Shown in pieces: positions 11,706-24,825 of a stretch of DNA of 59,425 nt (its first letter is position 1; each line of letters starts with the position of its first letter). The DNA is from Toensbergia leucococca. Its lineage: Eukaryota. The stretch lies in assembly GCA_022813965.1 (NCBI GenBank), contig JALDZS010000025.1:124001-183425 (forward strand), in the 5' to 3' direction. Position numbers and translations under genes: made by a program. A model generated the notes under the pieces. That model saw only the letters and a list, made by a program, of their open reading frames with translations, was not told the DNA's origin and made no database searches.

Positions 11706-12993
11706 GATCAAGGATACTGATGAGAAAGTTCAAGTCGAGGAAGAACTTGAACAATTTCCCACCAAAAGCGCTGCTGGCTTCTGGGAGAGACGGGAGAGAG
11801 GGAAAGCAGATAGCCCATCCATAATGAGAGATGTCGACATAGAGCTCAACAACAGATAAAGGATGAAACAAATGACGCATCTAGCATGACTCGAACAGGA
11901 TGGAATATCGGGGTTTGGCTCCATGGCAGATCTGGACAAAGTCGATCGGTAAGTTGTTTCACATACAATATGCATGTTCAATTGGCATGCCAAACATTCG
12001 GAGCCGTGGATGCTAGATTGGCGTCGGGTTGAACTTTGGGGTCCGTTTTTTTCGGGATGGATGAAACTGGCCAGGGTCGTATGCGACTGCCGCACGTCGT
12101 GGTATGCTGGCTGGATGGGTAGTATGATGGTAGTGGTCGACACCTGGTGGCTATGGAATCTTCTACATGGCGACTGACTGTCAAACATGTCGGTATTGGG
12201 AGGCAAAGGTCATTGTTTCGAGCTGATGTGTTACGTGATAAAGATCATTGGCTTAGGAATATAAATGTAGCAATCTTGAATCAATCAATCTGTTAGTTCT
12301 AGTATGTTACGCTCGACACGCTGTGTTCCGTTGGCCATGGCCACTCGTGCCTCAGCAGAAAGAATATCATTTGTACCAATCGCTGAAGAATATAATAACA
12401 AGCACTTTGAGCAAGTAACATTTGACCGAGAGTAGTGACAGATGTATGTGAAAGGATATGATCAAGTAAGAACAGATGGGGAGATGCGAGAGACGAGTAG
12501 ATGCTTAACAGATGGAGAATGGAGAATTGTGGTTGAGCGAGCATTTTTATTAAATAATTAAATGTAAATGACTTTATTTCCCAGAATTCGTCACGACTTT
12601 GATTCTCTTTCATCCTCTCATCCTTTCATATTAATGTGTATTCCACCGCCTCAAATTCCATGTCTCTCTTCTGAGAGCAAACGAACGAGAAGGGCTGAAT
12701 CATGATCAAAGTGGCTGCTTGATCCATCTGGTCAAAGGATCGCAACCCCTCTCGCCCCTCAATCGGAAATTCTGAATCAAAAATTAAAAGCACTTGGTCA
12801 TCAATTCATATCCAACAATTGCTATCCGTACCAGTCAAGAAATAAAAGAAAAACCAAAGACAAGAGAAAGGCAGTGAGGAAAGAAGAGAAAAAAAAAAGT
12901 CTACTACTCTCAATTAACACTCGTATATTGAAAATCACACAACTCCCTCCTTCCACCAGACAATCAGGCCTCCCTCTCAACCTGCCCAAGACC

Positions 12994-14180
12994 ATGACTG
13001 AACCCGAGTCCGTCAACCCAACCATCAACCCCAGAACAACACTCAAAAGCCCCTCTAACTTCCCCATCCAGCCTATCCAAACTAGCCACCACCCTCCTAA
13101 CCTCAGGTCCCAAAAAACAAAAGCCCTCCCCCCTCCGCATCCGCATCCTCTATAACAAAACCTACATAGCCGACACTCTCTCCGCCCAATACGTCTGGGA
13201 GCACGATTACTACCCCGTGTAAATAAGAACAATTCATACCAGATCTACCATTGCGAACGCAGCTAATACTCAATAAAACAGCTATTACGTGCCAATAAAA
13301 GACATCAACGACGACGCTCTCAAATGGGATAAACCCATCCCAAATACCCAAGAGGGCGCCTACCTAAGCACCCTCACCGTCGGCGAAAAGTCCACAGATA
13401 GAATCCTAGTCTTCACCAAAGGCGCCCTCAAAGGCCTCGTCCGCATCGAGTTCGGAGCCGTCGGTAACTAAATCTCTCCCACCCCTCTTTCTCTCCCTCA
13501 AACAAACCACGAAGCCCATATACTAATCCCCCCGCTCCTTCCCTTCCCCCTTGATAGACTCCTGGCTAGAAGAAGACACCCCCATCTACATCCACCCCAA
13601 AGACCCCTACAAACGCATCTCCACCATCCCCTCCTCCCGCACCATCACCATCAAGATCGCCGGCCACACCATCGCCGAGAGCAGCAGTCCGCTCTTTCTC
13701 CTCGAAACCGAGTTGCCCATGCGCTTTTATCTGCCGCCTACGAGTGTGAACTGGAAATATCTCAGCGCGAGCGAGACGGTGACAGGATGTCCGTATAAGG
13801 GGGACGCGAAGTAAGCTTGTCTTTCATTTCCCTTTCTGTGAGGATGGAAAGGAATGGAGTATTGATGCCGGAAATGCTTCTAGCTACTACAACGTCGCCA
13901 TAGACGGAAAAGAGTACAAAGACATCATCTGGTGGTACAAGCTGCCCACCGCCGAATCGATGCTCATCGCAGGCAAGGTCAGTACTTACCCCCTAAATCT
14001 CCATCCAGCACCCCCTCCCCCTCAAATATCAATCCCCTATCAATCAATCCGCTCTTAATCTACTCTGAAACCAGCATACTCATTGACCAAAACCATTTCC
14101 AGCTCTGCTTCTACAACGAAAAAGTCGACGTGTTCATCGATGGCGTTGAGCAGGAGAGACCGAAATCATTTTTTAGTTGA
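12994..14180 (+). CDS. DUF427-domain protein (tandem DUF427, multi-exon)
   Basis: Spliced reading MTEPDLSKLATTLLTSGPKK...RIRILYNKTYIADT..YVWEHDYYP.YY...WLEEDTPIYIHPKDPYKRI...LLETELPMRFYLP...TGCPYKGDA.YY...IIWWY..P......IAGKLCFYNEKVDVFIDG, which are typical DUF427 motifs. Five GT-AG introns. Confidence 0.88.
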
Positions 14181-15170
14181 GCTGATTTGATGCGGTTGGG
14201 GCATCTACCGGGCTGGAAAGGGAAGTGGATATGCTGTGAGAAGCCGGGCTGGCATTTTCAATTGAATGGTAGTTGAGGAGGGCGAAAATTCCGGTAGGAT
14301 GGTGCTCTTTTGCACTGAATTTTTGGCATCAGCGTTTGAACGGGCTTCAACCGCTCTTTTTGCATGATGAAACCGTCACTCAAAGTTCTGTGAACAGGGT
14401 CCGATTACGAGACATTGAGCAGACGTATCTAGAGACTCAATCAAGCTACTAGCATTAAAAATCTTTCTCTCCTCTAAACTGGGGACTACCTAAACCTCAA
14501 GTATCAAGATGAAAGGACTTCATAAAAGTCAATTTATAGTTAAATGCACTACTGTCTGTGCCCATCTGTCAGATATCTTCCATAAAGCCATTCTTTCGAG
14601 GTTCCTAGACCCGCTGAGTCTCTCGCGCAAAATGCACATTTCCCTGATACTGAGCAAAAGTAGCAGTATTAGAAGAAAAAGCTATAACAGATCAAGGTGC
14701 TGATAATCAGATGGTTCTTCGAGCAGAATTCAAGGCAAGAGACTTGTTAGAGAGCAGGTCTGTTCTTGGAATATGGGGGGGGTGTGGGAAGAAAATGGGA
14801 GTACGATGGGTTACCTAAAACATAACGGGGAAGGCTAGTTTTCGAGCCGTCAGGAGTAGGCAAAGAGATGAGGGGGGAGACGGGTGAGAGTTCTCGGATG
14901 ATGGATATGAAGCTGAGACGCAACTAGGAGAGGTTGAGGACGGGCAGAGACAAGTGGACGCGAGGTACCGATCTGATGGGGGAGTGATTCCGGGGTTCTT
15001 CAACCGGGGGGGATGTAATAAGACTATGATCCACCATGACGAGTTCCGATTTCGACAGAATTTTCTCAATCTCAATCTGAATATTCTTGCTAGAGCCTGA
15101 ACTATTGCAAAAACATTTTTCGAAGCCCACTTCTTGTGACTGCCAAACAGCGTACTCATTTGGTAGGACT

Positions 15171-16377
15171 TCAATCACTATCGCACAAATCCACCACCTC
15201 CCCAGGTGCGATACGTCGACGAACTTTGCTCACGCGTGCTGATGCCATGAGCTGATTGTACTCCTCATCCTCCCCATGTTTGAGACCAAGCTTCGATTTT
15301 GGCACAACGTGTGGCTCGCTCTCAATGTGATGCTTAGATTTGACGTTGGGTTCAGCTTTGACATGGTTCTGAATATAGAGTCAGCTGATGTACATTACGG
15401 AATGCAAGATGGAAGAAGTACTTGATGTCTTCTTAGTATCTCACGCATTTCGTCGGCAGTCAAATCTTCTAGAGGGCGTTCTTCCAATAGGATGGGAGAT
15501 GGCGTTCTCGGTAGTATGAGCATGTGTTGGAGAGCTTCTGTAATCACGACATGGTGAGCCATTGTCCTGTAGCGTGTCTACTTCTTTACTTACTTTTGGA
15601 ACGATACTTGAAATTGAAAACAGCAATAGGCCTGGTTCTGCCATCTGTGTATTTGACGAAAACTACTTTGCCGTTTCTGATGCTGGTTTTCTTCCCAATA
15701 CTGCATGGCACATTAATTCTCTAAAGACACACTGAAACGTAACGAGATCAGACCTAGTTCCGTGGGTCAAGTTTGTGCCTTTTAGGAGTTTCTCTGCCAC
15801 CTCTATCCTGCTGTCGGCATTCGTTAAGTCTTCGGTCTCGGAATGATCATGCTCTTCCCTTGAACATCGTGTCATACGGAAAACCTTGACGGTAATGATT
15901 CCAACATCAGCAACGAGGTTTCTCTGAGGCTTAATGGCATTCAAGGCGGGAAATTCTTCTGCTGAATTCATCATAAGCAATGATGCATTATTGTTCCGAG
16001 CAAAATTTACTCTGTATGATTTCACAAAAGCTGAATGGTCTCATACTGCAACCTTTTCCGTCTCTCTTTCTTGGGCCTTTGCAGAGGTATTTCATGTCTC
16101 GACCACAAGCTAGCAAGTTGCTGACCTGCCACGTCACTTGTTCCACATATCGACCATCCACAAAAATTGCGAACCTAATGGCATCCGATGTGTGACTGTA
16201 AGAATATGAAATTTTGATGCCGATCTCAAAAGTGGCGTCGCTGATGGCTTCAATATACTTCGTAACCATCTCAGAGTTCATCACTATGCAGTCATCGTCA
16301 TCGTCATTGTCATCAAACTCTTGTAGCTGTTGTCCATTCACGTGAACGCTGACTTCAATCTGCAGTGCGATGGCCAT
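15171..16377 (-). CDS. Fungal DUF7918-like protein (multi-exon)
   Basis: MAIALQIEVSVHVNGQQLQEF...VTKYIEAISDATFEI...FVDG...RPFSFCEI | VGIITVKVFR...VAEKLLKG | PIAVFNFKYRSK | EALQHMLILPRTPSP..LEERPLEDLTADEMREIL...GEVVDLCDSD*. Exons are joined by GT-AG introns; the family assignment is from memory. Confidence 0.75.
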
Positions 16378-17061
16378 TTCATGTGCACCGAGTATCCAGG
16401 CACTCACGACAAAGGAGCGTCCTTGTACTGTACTGGAGAAATTGGCATTGGAAGTGTAAGTGGAACCTAACAAGATTTCGATGACCTTGCAAAGAAGTAC
16501 TCAGTCCTGGTAGTCTGTCAATGTTTGAAGGTTCATGTGAAGCTTCTATGGAGTGGATCACTGTAAAGTTTAATACCGTGTAGATGATGAGATCTAGGGC
16601 GTCGTAAGATTAATGTAACATCACTGATGTGCTGATAAGTTTACCCAGGAAGAGTGGCGAACATCGTCAGAAATTGAGATTGCACTAAGTCTTTCGAGAT
16701 GAACATGGATTGAATGGAATGCATTACAACACCGCGCTATGCAAATGTGCCGAGGCTACAAACCTGGGTCTCCTCAAAGTACGGGGTACACCACGCAGAT
16801 GCCCAGACAGAAAACGCCATCAAGATATGCTTGATCATCCCGGTCATAAAGCACACGAAATGGACACCAAAGAATGCCGACCCATGCTCACTGAAGGCCC
16901 TTCGGTAGCTAGCCATGTCGACCAAGGCTAAAACGTTTCTTTTCGAATGCATCCAACCCCACCTCTATCTACCACCATCTCTCTTGAAGCCAAATTATAG
17001 GTTCGTTAGAAGTAAATCAAGATAGTCTTCGTCAGCGTCCTATGATCTAGCCTGAATTCCA

Positions 17062-18055
17062 TCACCATGGTCCAACATGAACTGGAAGATTGGCGCCGTA
17101 AGTCCCGGATAGTAGTTCCTGCCTGACGGAGCTGAGATCGTCACCTCGAGTATCGTAGGGCTGAGGCTGGGATTGGCCACCCATCCAACCGAGATTTGCA
17201 TTCAGCTCGTTCACAGCTTCTTGCATTTTCCCATTAGCTTGTTCATTGTGTTTTACTAGTTTCTGGTCCCAGCCCCCGTACTGCAGCTGTATACCTCCAG
17301 CTCTCTTGGCTGCTTCTTGTATGACCACTGCCCAAGCCTTCGACATCTCCTCATATGCATTCTGCTTGTGTAAAGTATTCTGGAAGCTGTTCCAGTTAGG
17401 AAGACTGTGGATTATATCTGTGGCACCATCGAGAAAGCTAAGGGACTGCGAGGTTTGTGATTCGTTGGGAGGTAGGAAGTGGGGGGTAAAGTCGGTCATG
17501 GCGTCCAGAAGGTTCATGAGAGATTGTCGTACTCGATTGTAGGCATAGTCGGATGTAGGGTTGCCACCAAATGGAAAAGATGCCTGTAGAGCGGATTCGT
17601 AATTCCTGAGGACACCAAGGGCAGACGGCACACTCGGCCTAGGCGCTGTATTTTCGACTTCTGTACCTATTGAGGGATGCCTCCCACATATAGACTGAAG
17701 AACGCCCCGCAAAGACTCTGCATCTAGGGTTTCTAGGAGCCTTGGAAGAGCGAGTGGACGACCAACAAGCCCGGATCTGGCTCGCTTCGTCTGTCGTTGG
17801 ATAGGTAGCGTACGGGAAGATGCCCCTGGGGAGTTTGACGGCGACGCAGACATTCTATCTTCGTGTGGGGGCTCATCGTCTTCAGCTTTTCGTTTTCGGC
17901 CGTTAAGGTTCGTGGCAGGGAATGACACTTTTCCCAAGTTGTTAGCAGTTTTCCGTGGGAGTAGACCATGATCACGTACTAGAGTGCGTGGGCGAGAAGC
18001 GTGTAGTGTGGAAGTGATGAGGTGGTGGAGGAGGAGTTGCAATGACACTGTTCAT
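17062..18055 (-). CDS. STS1: Nuclear proteasome tethering factor Sts1/Cut8
   Basis: [59 protein letters not shown] and [11 protein letters not shown]. The ATG at 18055 lies on a short first exon, with one intron at about 17929-17979. Confidence 0.92.
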
Positions 18056-18713
18056 AGCTGTAGTAGAGATAGTAAAATAAAAGGCCCCAGTCGAGGCCGA
18101 CCTGCTGTTAAAGAGCGAGAGAGCTTAAGATAAAGGTTTGGAAAGACGGAGAGTGGGGAGTTTGATTGGATGGAATGGTCTAATACGTTGGCCCAAATTC
18201 TTGGCAGTCTAGTGTTGGCGGCTCGGCGGCACTAGCGGCATCATCACAATGGAAGAATAGGTCGACGAACGACTTGACTAAACATCGGTGCTCTCAACTA
18301 AAAAGACGTTACCTGGTTTCCGGCTTCGTCTACGTAAGCGGCCAAAGGATCTTGGGTCTGAGAGATTTTGATTGTGGTAGCACGGCACAATCAGTACAGC
18401 TAATACAAAGTAAAGTACAGGTATCTTCCGATTTTGTCAACTTTTCCTAGCCTACCAACTTCTGAAGCATACAACATACTTCAGCTAGCGCCTTTTCTCT
18501 TTCGCAAGCAATGAGTCGAAATGACTATCCCCAAAGACAACTGCGCGGAAAATCGAAGAAAGAAGCAGTAGCATAGGTATGAAGCTTAGAGCTGCGAAAA
18601 TACAATCGCAACAAAACTTTGACTCACTGAAAGCCAGACAAAGAGCAGCTGAAGTACCCGAAATGCGAGACAGCAGAACCACACCTAGGCCACCCTCATT
18701 ACTAAACCTTTAG

Positions 18714-20721
18714 CTACATGCCTGGGGGAGGGGGCACCTTAAGCTCGTTAGATAGTGAATCCTAGAAGATTTTAGAGATCTGCATTCTACTCACTGCATT
18801 ATAACCACCGTTCGCCGCGGGAGGAGAGCCGCTGGGCGGTGGAGGTGGCGGTGGATCACTTGGTGGGGCTGGAGGAGCGCCTGGAGCGGACTGCTGCTGC
18901 TGCGCTGCTTGTTGTTGATAATATTGATAATAGGCAACGTAGTTTTGGTATCCTCCATACGCAGCGTAGGGATCTTGGCCCCCTTGGTAATATTGAGCAT
19001 ACTGTGCACTGTAATCCGTGGGGCTGCCAGCTCCTGGTGCACCAGGGGTTCCCGGAGGCGCTTGACTGGCTGCTGAGAGGGGAGCAGGAGATTGCTGACC
19101 ACCGTAACCACCGGCATATCCGCTACTTTGACCACCGTAACCTTGACGATCGCCCTGCTGGTAGCCACCGGCCGAGTAGCCGCGCTGCTGAGGTGGCTGT
19201 TCCTTGAAACGCTCGTATTGCTCCTTCACATTTGTGAGTAGGTCTTCGCAGAGTTCCTTTGCATGCTGAACTTCTTGAGGATCAGGGCCACTATAATAAA
19301 CAAGTAAGACTAACAGCCTGAAAAATATCTCGAGATACTCACGCTACATGGAGATACATTGCCTCATCACTTTCTCGACCTGTACCATGCTCCATGAAAC
19401 CCGAACCACGACCTTTGATCTGTACACGACATCGAGTCTCCTGCTGAATATGCTTGACATAAGCCCCTCCGTGACCTACAACCTGTGCTCGTAAGTTGAA
19501 CCCCACAACCGGTTCAAGATCAATCGCTATGCGTTCCTCAGGCCATTTTCGCTGCTACTCATCAGCAAAAAAGCGTAAAGTGAATGGAGGATAATCGTAC
19601 ACGCCCAAATTCGTCCCTCTCAACTTGCTCTGGCTCCCTTCGTCTGAATCGCCTCTCATCAACTAGATTAGGGAGCTCCTGTTTCATGAGTTCTTCTATT
19701 TTATGGACAGCTTTCTCTAGCCCGTCTTTTGTCGTACTCGTTATGTGGAGGTATAGCGGGGGATTCTAATGCTATCAGCATTGAAAATACTGATAAACCG
19801 AAGCTTAAGGTCAGAACTTACAGCCGCGGTTGCCATGCTTTTATCCGGGTAGAAATTTCCTCGTGTGGTGACATCTTTACACTGATGAGCTTTTCTTCTT
19901 TACAAATCTGATCATATTAGGTGGAGCGTACCGGCGCCAGTTTCTTCTTTAATCTAGATGTCACGCAGCGGAGGTCAGCAGATGCCAAAGTGGGGTTGCA
20001 ATGTGCTATATCAGCTCATAGTAAGCTTCAGACTTCATCCCACAAGAGTAACAGTAATAGAAAAGAAACCGCATATATCTAATAGGATTTCGAGATATAG
20101 GTGCCTGGGAGTATCAGTGGGTATGACAAGAGTATTTACCATCTTTTGTGTCACGCCTTTAGTCAGTGTGTATCGGTTACGGAGATCGTTGACCTCGATA
20201 TCTTTGATGTAGTCACCATCCGCGATGTACATATCGCCATTGATGTTGCTGGTGCTTGAACCGGATATTCCTGGAGTTAATACCTTTCCAGTGGGACTCG
20301 CAGCCTAAAAAATGGTCAGACCAAGGTCCTCTCGAAGAGACGTTCATGAGAGGCACTCAAAGCTTACAGTGCGTATGGGAGGAACATCAACGTGTTGTAT
20401 GCCTTTCTTTGCTTGTATTGAGGCGTTAATCCTAGCCGCAGCGGCCGCTGTGAAGAGATCAGTAACACATTTGACAGCGGAAATCATTAGTGGTGATAGC
20501 TTACCTGCGGCAGCAGCTGGATCAAGACCTGGAGTCTTGCTCTCATCACGACCAGGACTGAAAGATGAACTCTTAGCTAAAGGGCTTCGGCTTCTCCTTA
20601 CATCGGGCTGTCTGCCTGAAGGTGAACGGGAACGTCGGTCAAAGCGCGAGGAACGTTTGACTTCAGGCTCGGTTTGGTCGAAGCGAGATCGCTTGGACGT
20701 TCGCCGATCGTCGTCCGCCAT
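18714..20721 (-). CDS. KH-domain RNA-binding protein (KHDC4/BLOM7-like)
   Basis: RS-rich N-terminus, YIKDIEVNDLRNRYTLTKG, IKEETGA, a second KH domain GFNLRAQVVGHGGAYVKHIQQETRCRVQIKGRGSGF, and a Q/Y/P-rich tail ending VPPPPGM*. Many short introns. Confidence 0.88.
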
Positions 20722-20963
20722 GATATGATAGTTGCTGGCAGTTTGTTTGGCAAATATTGGAGTCTCTGTAGCGTTTGTTAAGATCACCGTTCTTTAAACG
20801 TGGAGGTTGCGGGTTGGAGTTGACGTGTGCCGGATTTAATTAAATATTCTGCACTCGGCAAACCGAATCATAAACTCCAACGTTTGGATCAAGTAAATCC
20901 GCACCAACATTAAAATTCTGCAAATTCCTCTGAATATTCTGCTGCAGTAAGAATCCAGCAACT

Positions 20964-23900
20964 ATGGACGAACTTTTCGATGTCTTCGATGACCAGCCCC
21001 AGGGTTCGAAGCTTGTGAATGACCAGCTTAAGCAAAAGTTGAAGAAGGATAAGAGTAAAAAAAGACAGCTGAGCGGAGAGGTCAAGGATATTGCAAACGG
21101 AAATGGGGAAACTTCTAGGATAGATGCTTTGGAAAATGGTGCTCCGAAAGAGGACAACGTAGCTTTGGATGGCGAGACTCAGCCAGAGGCAAAGCGACAA
21201 AGGCGGGAGGTGGAAGCAGAACCTGTCGTTGCCGATTCTTTCGAGACGGAGCAGTCGAGAGAAGTCGCAGCATCTGCAGGCCTTCAAGCATCCAAAGAAG
21301 GAACCGCGGTAGTCTTGTCACATCAAGTGAGACATCAAGTCGCATTACCCCCAGACTATGACTATGTCCCTATATCGAAGCACAAAGCACCAGAGACGCC
21401 AGCTAGAACATGGCCATTTACGCTGGATCCTTTTCAACAAGTGTCAATTGCATCAATAGAGAGGGGAGAGAGTGTGCTTGTATCCGCCCATACCAGCGCG
21501 GGCAAGACCGTAGTGGCCGAGTATGCGATTGCACAGAGTCTGAAGAACAATCAAAGGGTCATATACACGAGCCCTATCAAAGCTTTGAGCAACCAAAAGT
21601 ATAGAGAGTTTGCGGCAGAATTTGGGGACGTGGGTTTAATGACTGGCGATGTCACCATAAATCCTACTGCTACTTGTTTGGTTATGACAACAGAGGTAGG
21701 AGAGATCTAGGGGAGTATTTTCTACTAGTCTAACAAGTCAATAGATTCTTCGATCAATGCTGTACAGGGGCTCTGAGATCATGCGGGAGGTGGCATGGGT
21801 GGTTTTTGATGAGATTCACTACCTGCGAGATAAATGTGAGAATGCAGTTGCTCTGTATTAATGCTTTGTGACTAACAAGTATAGCTCGTGGGGTGGTCTG
21901 GGAGGAGACTATCATCCTGTTACCAGATAAGGTCCGCTATGTTTTTCTTTCGGCCACAATCCCAAATGCAATGCAGTTTGCAGAATGGATCACCAAGACA
22001 CATGGCCAACCATGTCACGTCGTATATACCGACTTTAGACCTACACCACTGCAGCATTATTTCTTCCCTCAAGGCGCCGACGGAATCCACTTGGTAGTCG
22101 ACGAAAAGGGAGTCTTCCGAGAGGATAATTTCAACAAAGCTATGACAACAATAGCAGATAAGCAAGGAGATGACCCTGCAGACGCCATGGCCAAACGAAA
22201 AGGTAAAGGCAAGGACAAAAGGTTAAATAAAGGCGGTACAAAAGGACCCTCAGACATTTATAAGATCGTCAAGATGATTATGATGAAAAATTATAATCCG
22301 GTCATTGTCTTTAGCTTCAGCAAGAATATGTGCGAAGCTTATGCTCTTCAGATGAGCAACTTGACTTTCAACGAAGAATCAGAAAAAGCGATGGTGGACA
22401 AAGTTTTCAGTAGTGCTCTCGAGATGCTATCAGAAGATGACAAGCAATTACCGCAGATCCAAAACATTTTGCCCCTTCTCAAGCGAGGCATTGGCATTCA
22501 TCATTCCGGACTTTTACCGATTTTGAAGGAGACAATCGAAATTCTATTTCAGGAGGGACTCATCAAAGTTTTGTTCGCTACCGAAACTTTCTCCATTGGC
22601 CTTAATATGCCTGCAAAGACTGTCGTCTTCACCAGCGTACGCAAATTCGACGGAGTGTCGTTACGATGGGTATCTCCTTCGGAATTTGTACAGATGTCCG
22701 GACGCGCCGGGCGTCGTGGTCTTGACGAGCGAGGCATCGTAATCATGATGATCGATGAAAAGATGGAGCCGGGTGTAGCCAAGGAGATCGTCCGTGGGGA
22801 GCAAGACAAGCTCAATTCCGCATTTCACCTTGGCTATAACATGATTCTAAACCTCATGAGAGTCGAAGGTATCTCTCCTGAATTCATGTTGGAGCGATGC
22901 TTCTATCAATTTCAGAATACTGCAAGCGTGTCTGGATTGGAAAAGGGTAAATTTGTCGTATTGCAAGTCTGATTGCACTCGACTAACAGATTTTAGAACT
23001 ACACGATCTCGAGACACAGAGAGCTGGTACTGTGATATCTGATGAAGGCACGATTCGTGAGTACTATGATCTACGACAGCAGCTCTCAACCTACACCAAG
23101 GATATGCGTGATGTGATAAATCATCCTAATTACAGTCTGCAATTCATGCAACCGGGTCGTCTAGTCAGGATAAAGCACATGGACTACGACTTTGGCTGGG
23201 GAGCAGTAGTCAATTTCACTCAGAGGAAACCCAACAAAGACCACAAAGCCGAGGATATCACGCCTCAGCAGTCGTACATTATAGATGTGCTTCTTCAAGT
23301 AGCTGACGGGGCATTGAATGGGACAAGAACCCATCAAGACCTTCCGCAAGGGGTTCGACCCGCGTTGGAAGGAGAAAAAGCAAAGATGGAAGTAGTACCT
23401 ATTCTACTATCGTGTGTCGAATCCCTCGGTCACATCAGAATTTTCTTACCGCAAGATCTGAAGTCGCCCGACCAGAGGAACACTGTCCGGAAATCCCTTG
23501 AAGAAGTACAGCGAAGATTTCCCGACGGCATCGCAGTCCTAGACCCAATCGAGAATATGGGCATAACAGACGCCTCCTTCAAAAAGCTCCTCCGAGTATG
23601 TCTCCGCACTAATTCCTTCACCCCCACAACAAATTAACTCCCCAACAGAAAATCGAAGTCCTCGAATCCCGCCTCCTTTCCAACCCCTTAACCTCCTCTC
23701 CCCGTCTCCCCTCCCTCTACAACCTCTACGCCGACAAAGTCGACCTAACAGCCCGCATCAAATCCGTAAAAAAACAAATCACAACCGCCCTCTCCACAAT
23801 GCAACTCGACGAGCTCAAATGCCGCAAGCGCGTACTCCGCCGCTTCGGCTTCATCAACGACGCCGAAGTCGTCGAGCTCAAAGCTCGCGTCGCCTGCGAA

Positions 23901-24474
23901 ATCAGCACCGGCGACGAACTCCTGCTGAGCGAATTACTCTTCAACCGCTTCTTCAACGAGCTCCCGCCTGAGATCTGCGCGGCGGTGCTGAGCTGCTTCA
24001 TCTTTGAGGAAAAAGCCGAGGCGCCGTCGCTGCGCGAGGAATTGGCCCGGCCCTTTCGTGAGATCCAGGCCCAGGCCCGCATCATCTCCAAGGTCTCGTT
24101 GGAGAGCAAACTCCCCGTCAACGAGGACGAGTACGTGCAGGGCTTCAAGCACCAGCTGATGGAAGTTGTCTACGCCTGGGCGCACGGAAAACCCTTTGCC
24201 GAAATCTGGTAATTGCTTCCCCCTCCCCATTTCCTTACCCCCCACACTCTTCCCCGAGAAAAAAAATCCCCGACTAATCCCGAAAATCATTAGTAAAATG
24301 ACCGACGTCTACGAAGGAAGCCTCATCCGGCTCTTTCGGCGCTTGGAGGAACTGCTGCGGCAGATGGCGCAAGCGGCCAAGATTATGGGCAGTGGGGAGT
24401 TGGAGCAGAAGTTTGAGCAGGCGCTTTTGAAGGTCCGGAGGGATATTGTGGCGGCGCAGAGTTTGTATCTGTGA
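20964..24474 (+). CDS. MTR4: ATP-dependent RNA helicase Mtr4/Dob1 (TRAMP/exosome cofactor)
   Basis: [47 protein letters not shown], an arch/KOW insert and a DSHCT end [12 protein letters not shown]. Five GT-AG introns. Confidence 0.97.
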
Positions 24475-24825
24475 GTTTTTGGAGTGGGGTTGGGGGGAAG
24501 GGGGGAGAGTGGGTTTTAAGGTGGTGCGTACGATATGTGCTGCTCTTCCAGGTTGAGGGATGTGTGGATTGGTGTATTCCAATGTGCTTGAGATTGGATG
24601 TGTGGGCATCTGCGTTGCGTCTCTTGCGGCTCCTCTGCCATTTGGCTAGGCAGGATATATCAGAGTTCGTAGAGTTTGGCGAAAATGATACATAGATGGC
24701 CAATACTAGCTTACATGGAAGAGAACAGAGCATGGACTGAAAAGAGTGTTGATAGATACTTCATTGCTCCAACTAACACCTTCCCCCATCGTTCCTGCAA
24801 CTATAAAAGCCAGTGGCTCCCCAAT

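Noticed and set aside
11730..12613. 158-aa and 104-aa minus-strand ORFs
   Set aside because: No recognisable motifs, targeting signals or supportive splice structure.
19955..20138. Intronic snoRNA in the longer KH-gene intron
   Set aside because: No convincing box C (RUGAUGA)/box D pair with a terminal stem, and no H/ACA layout.
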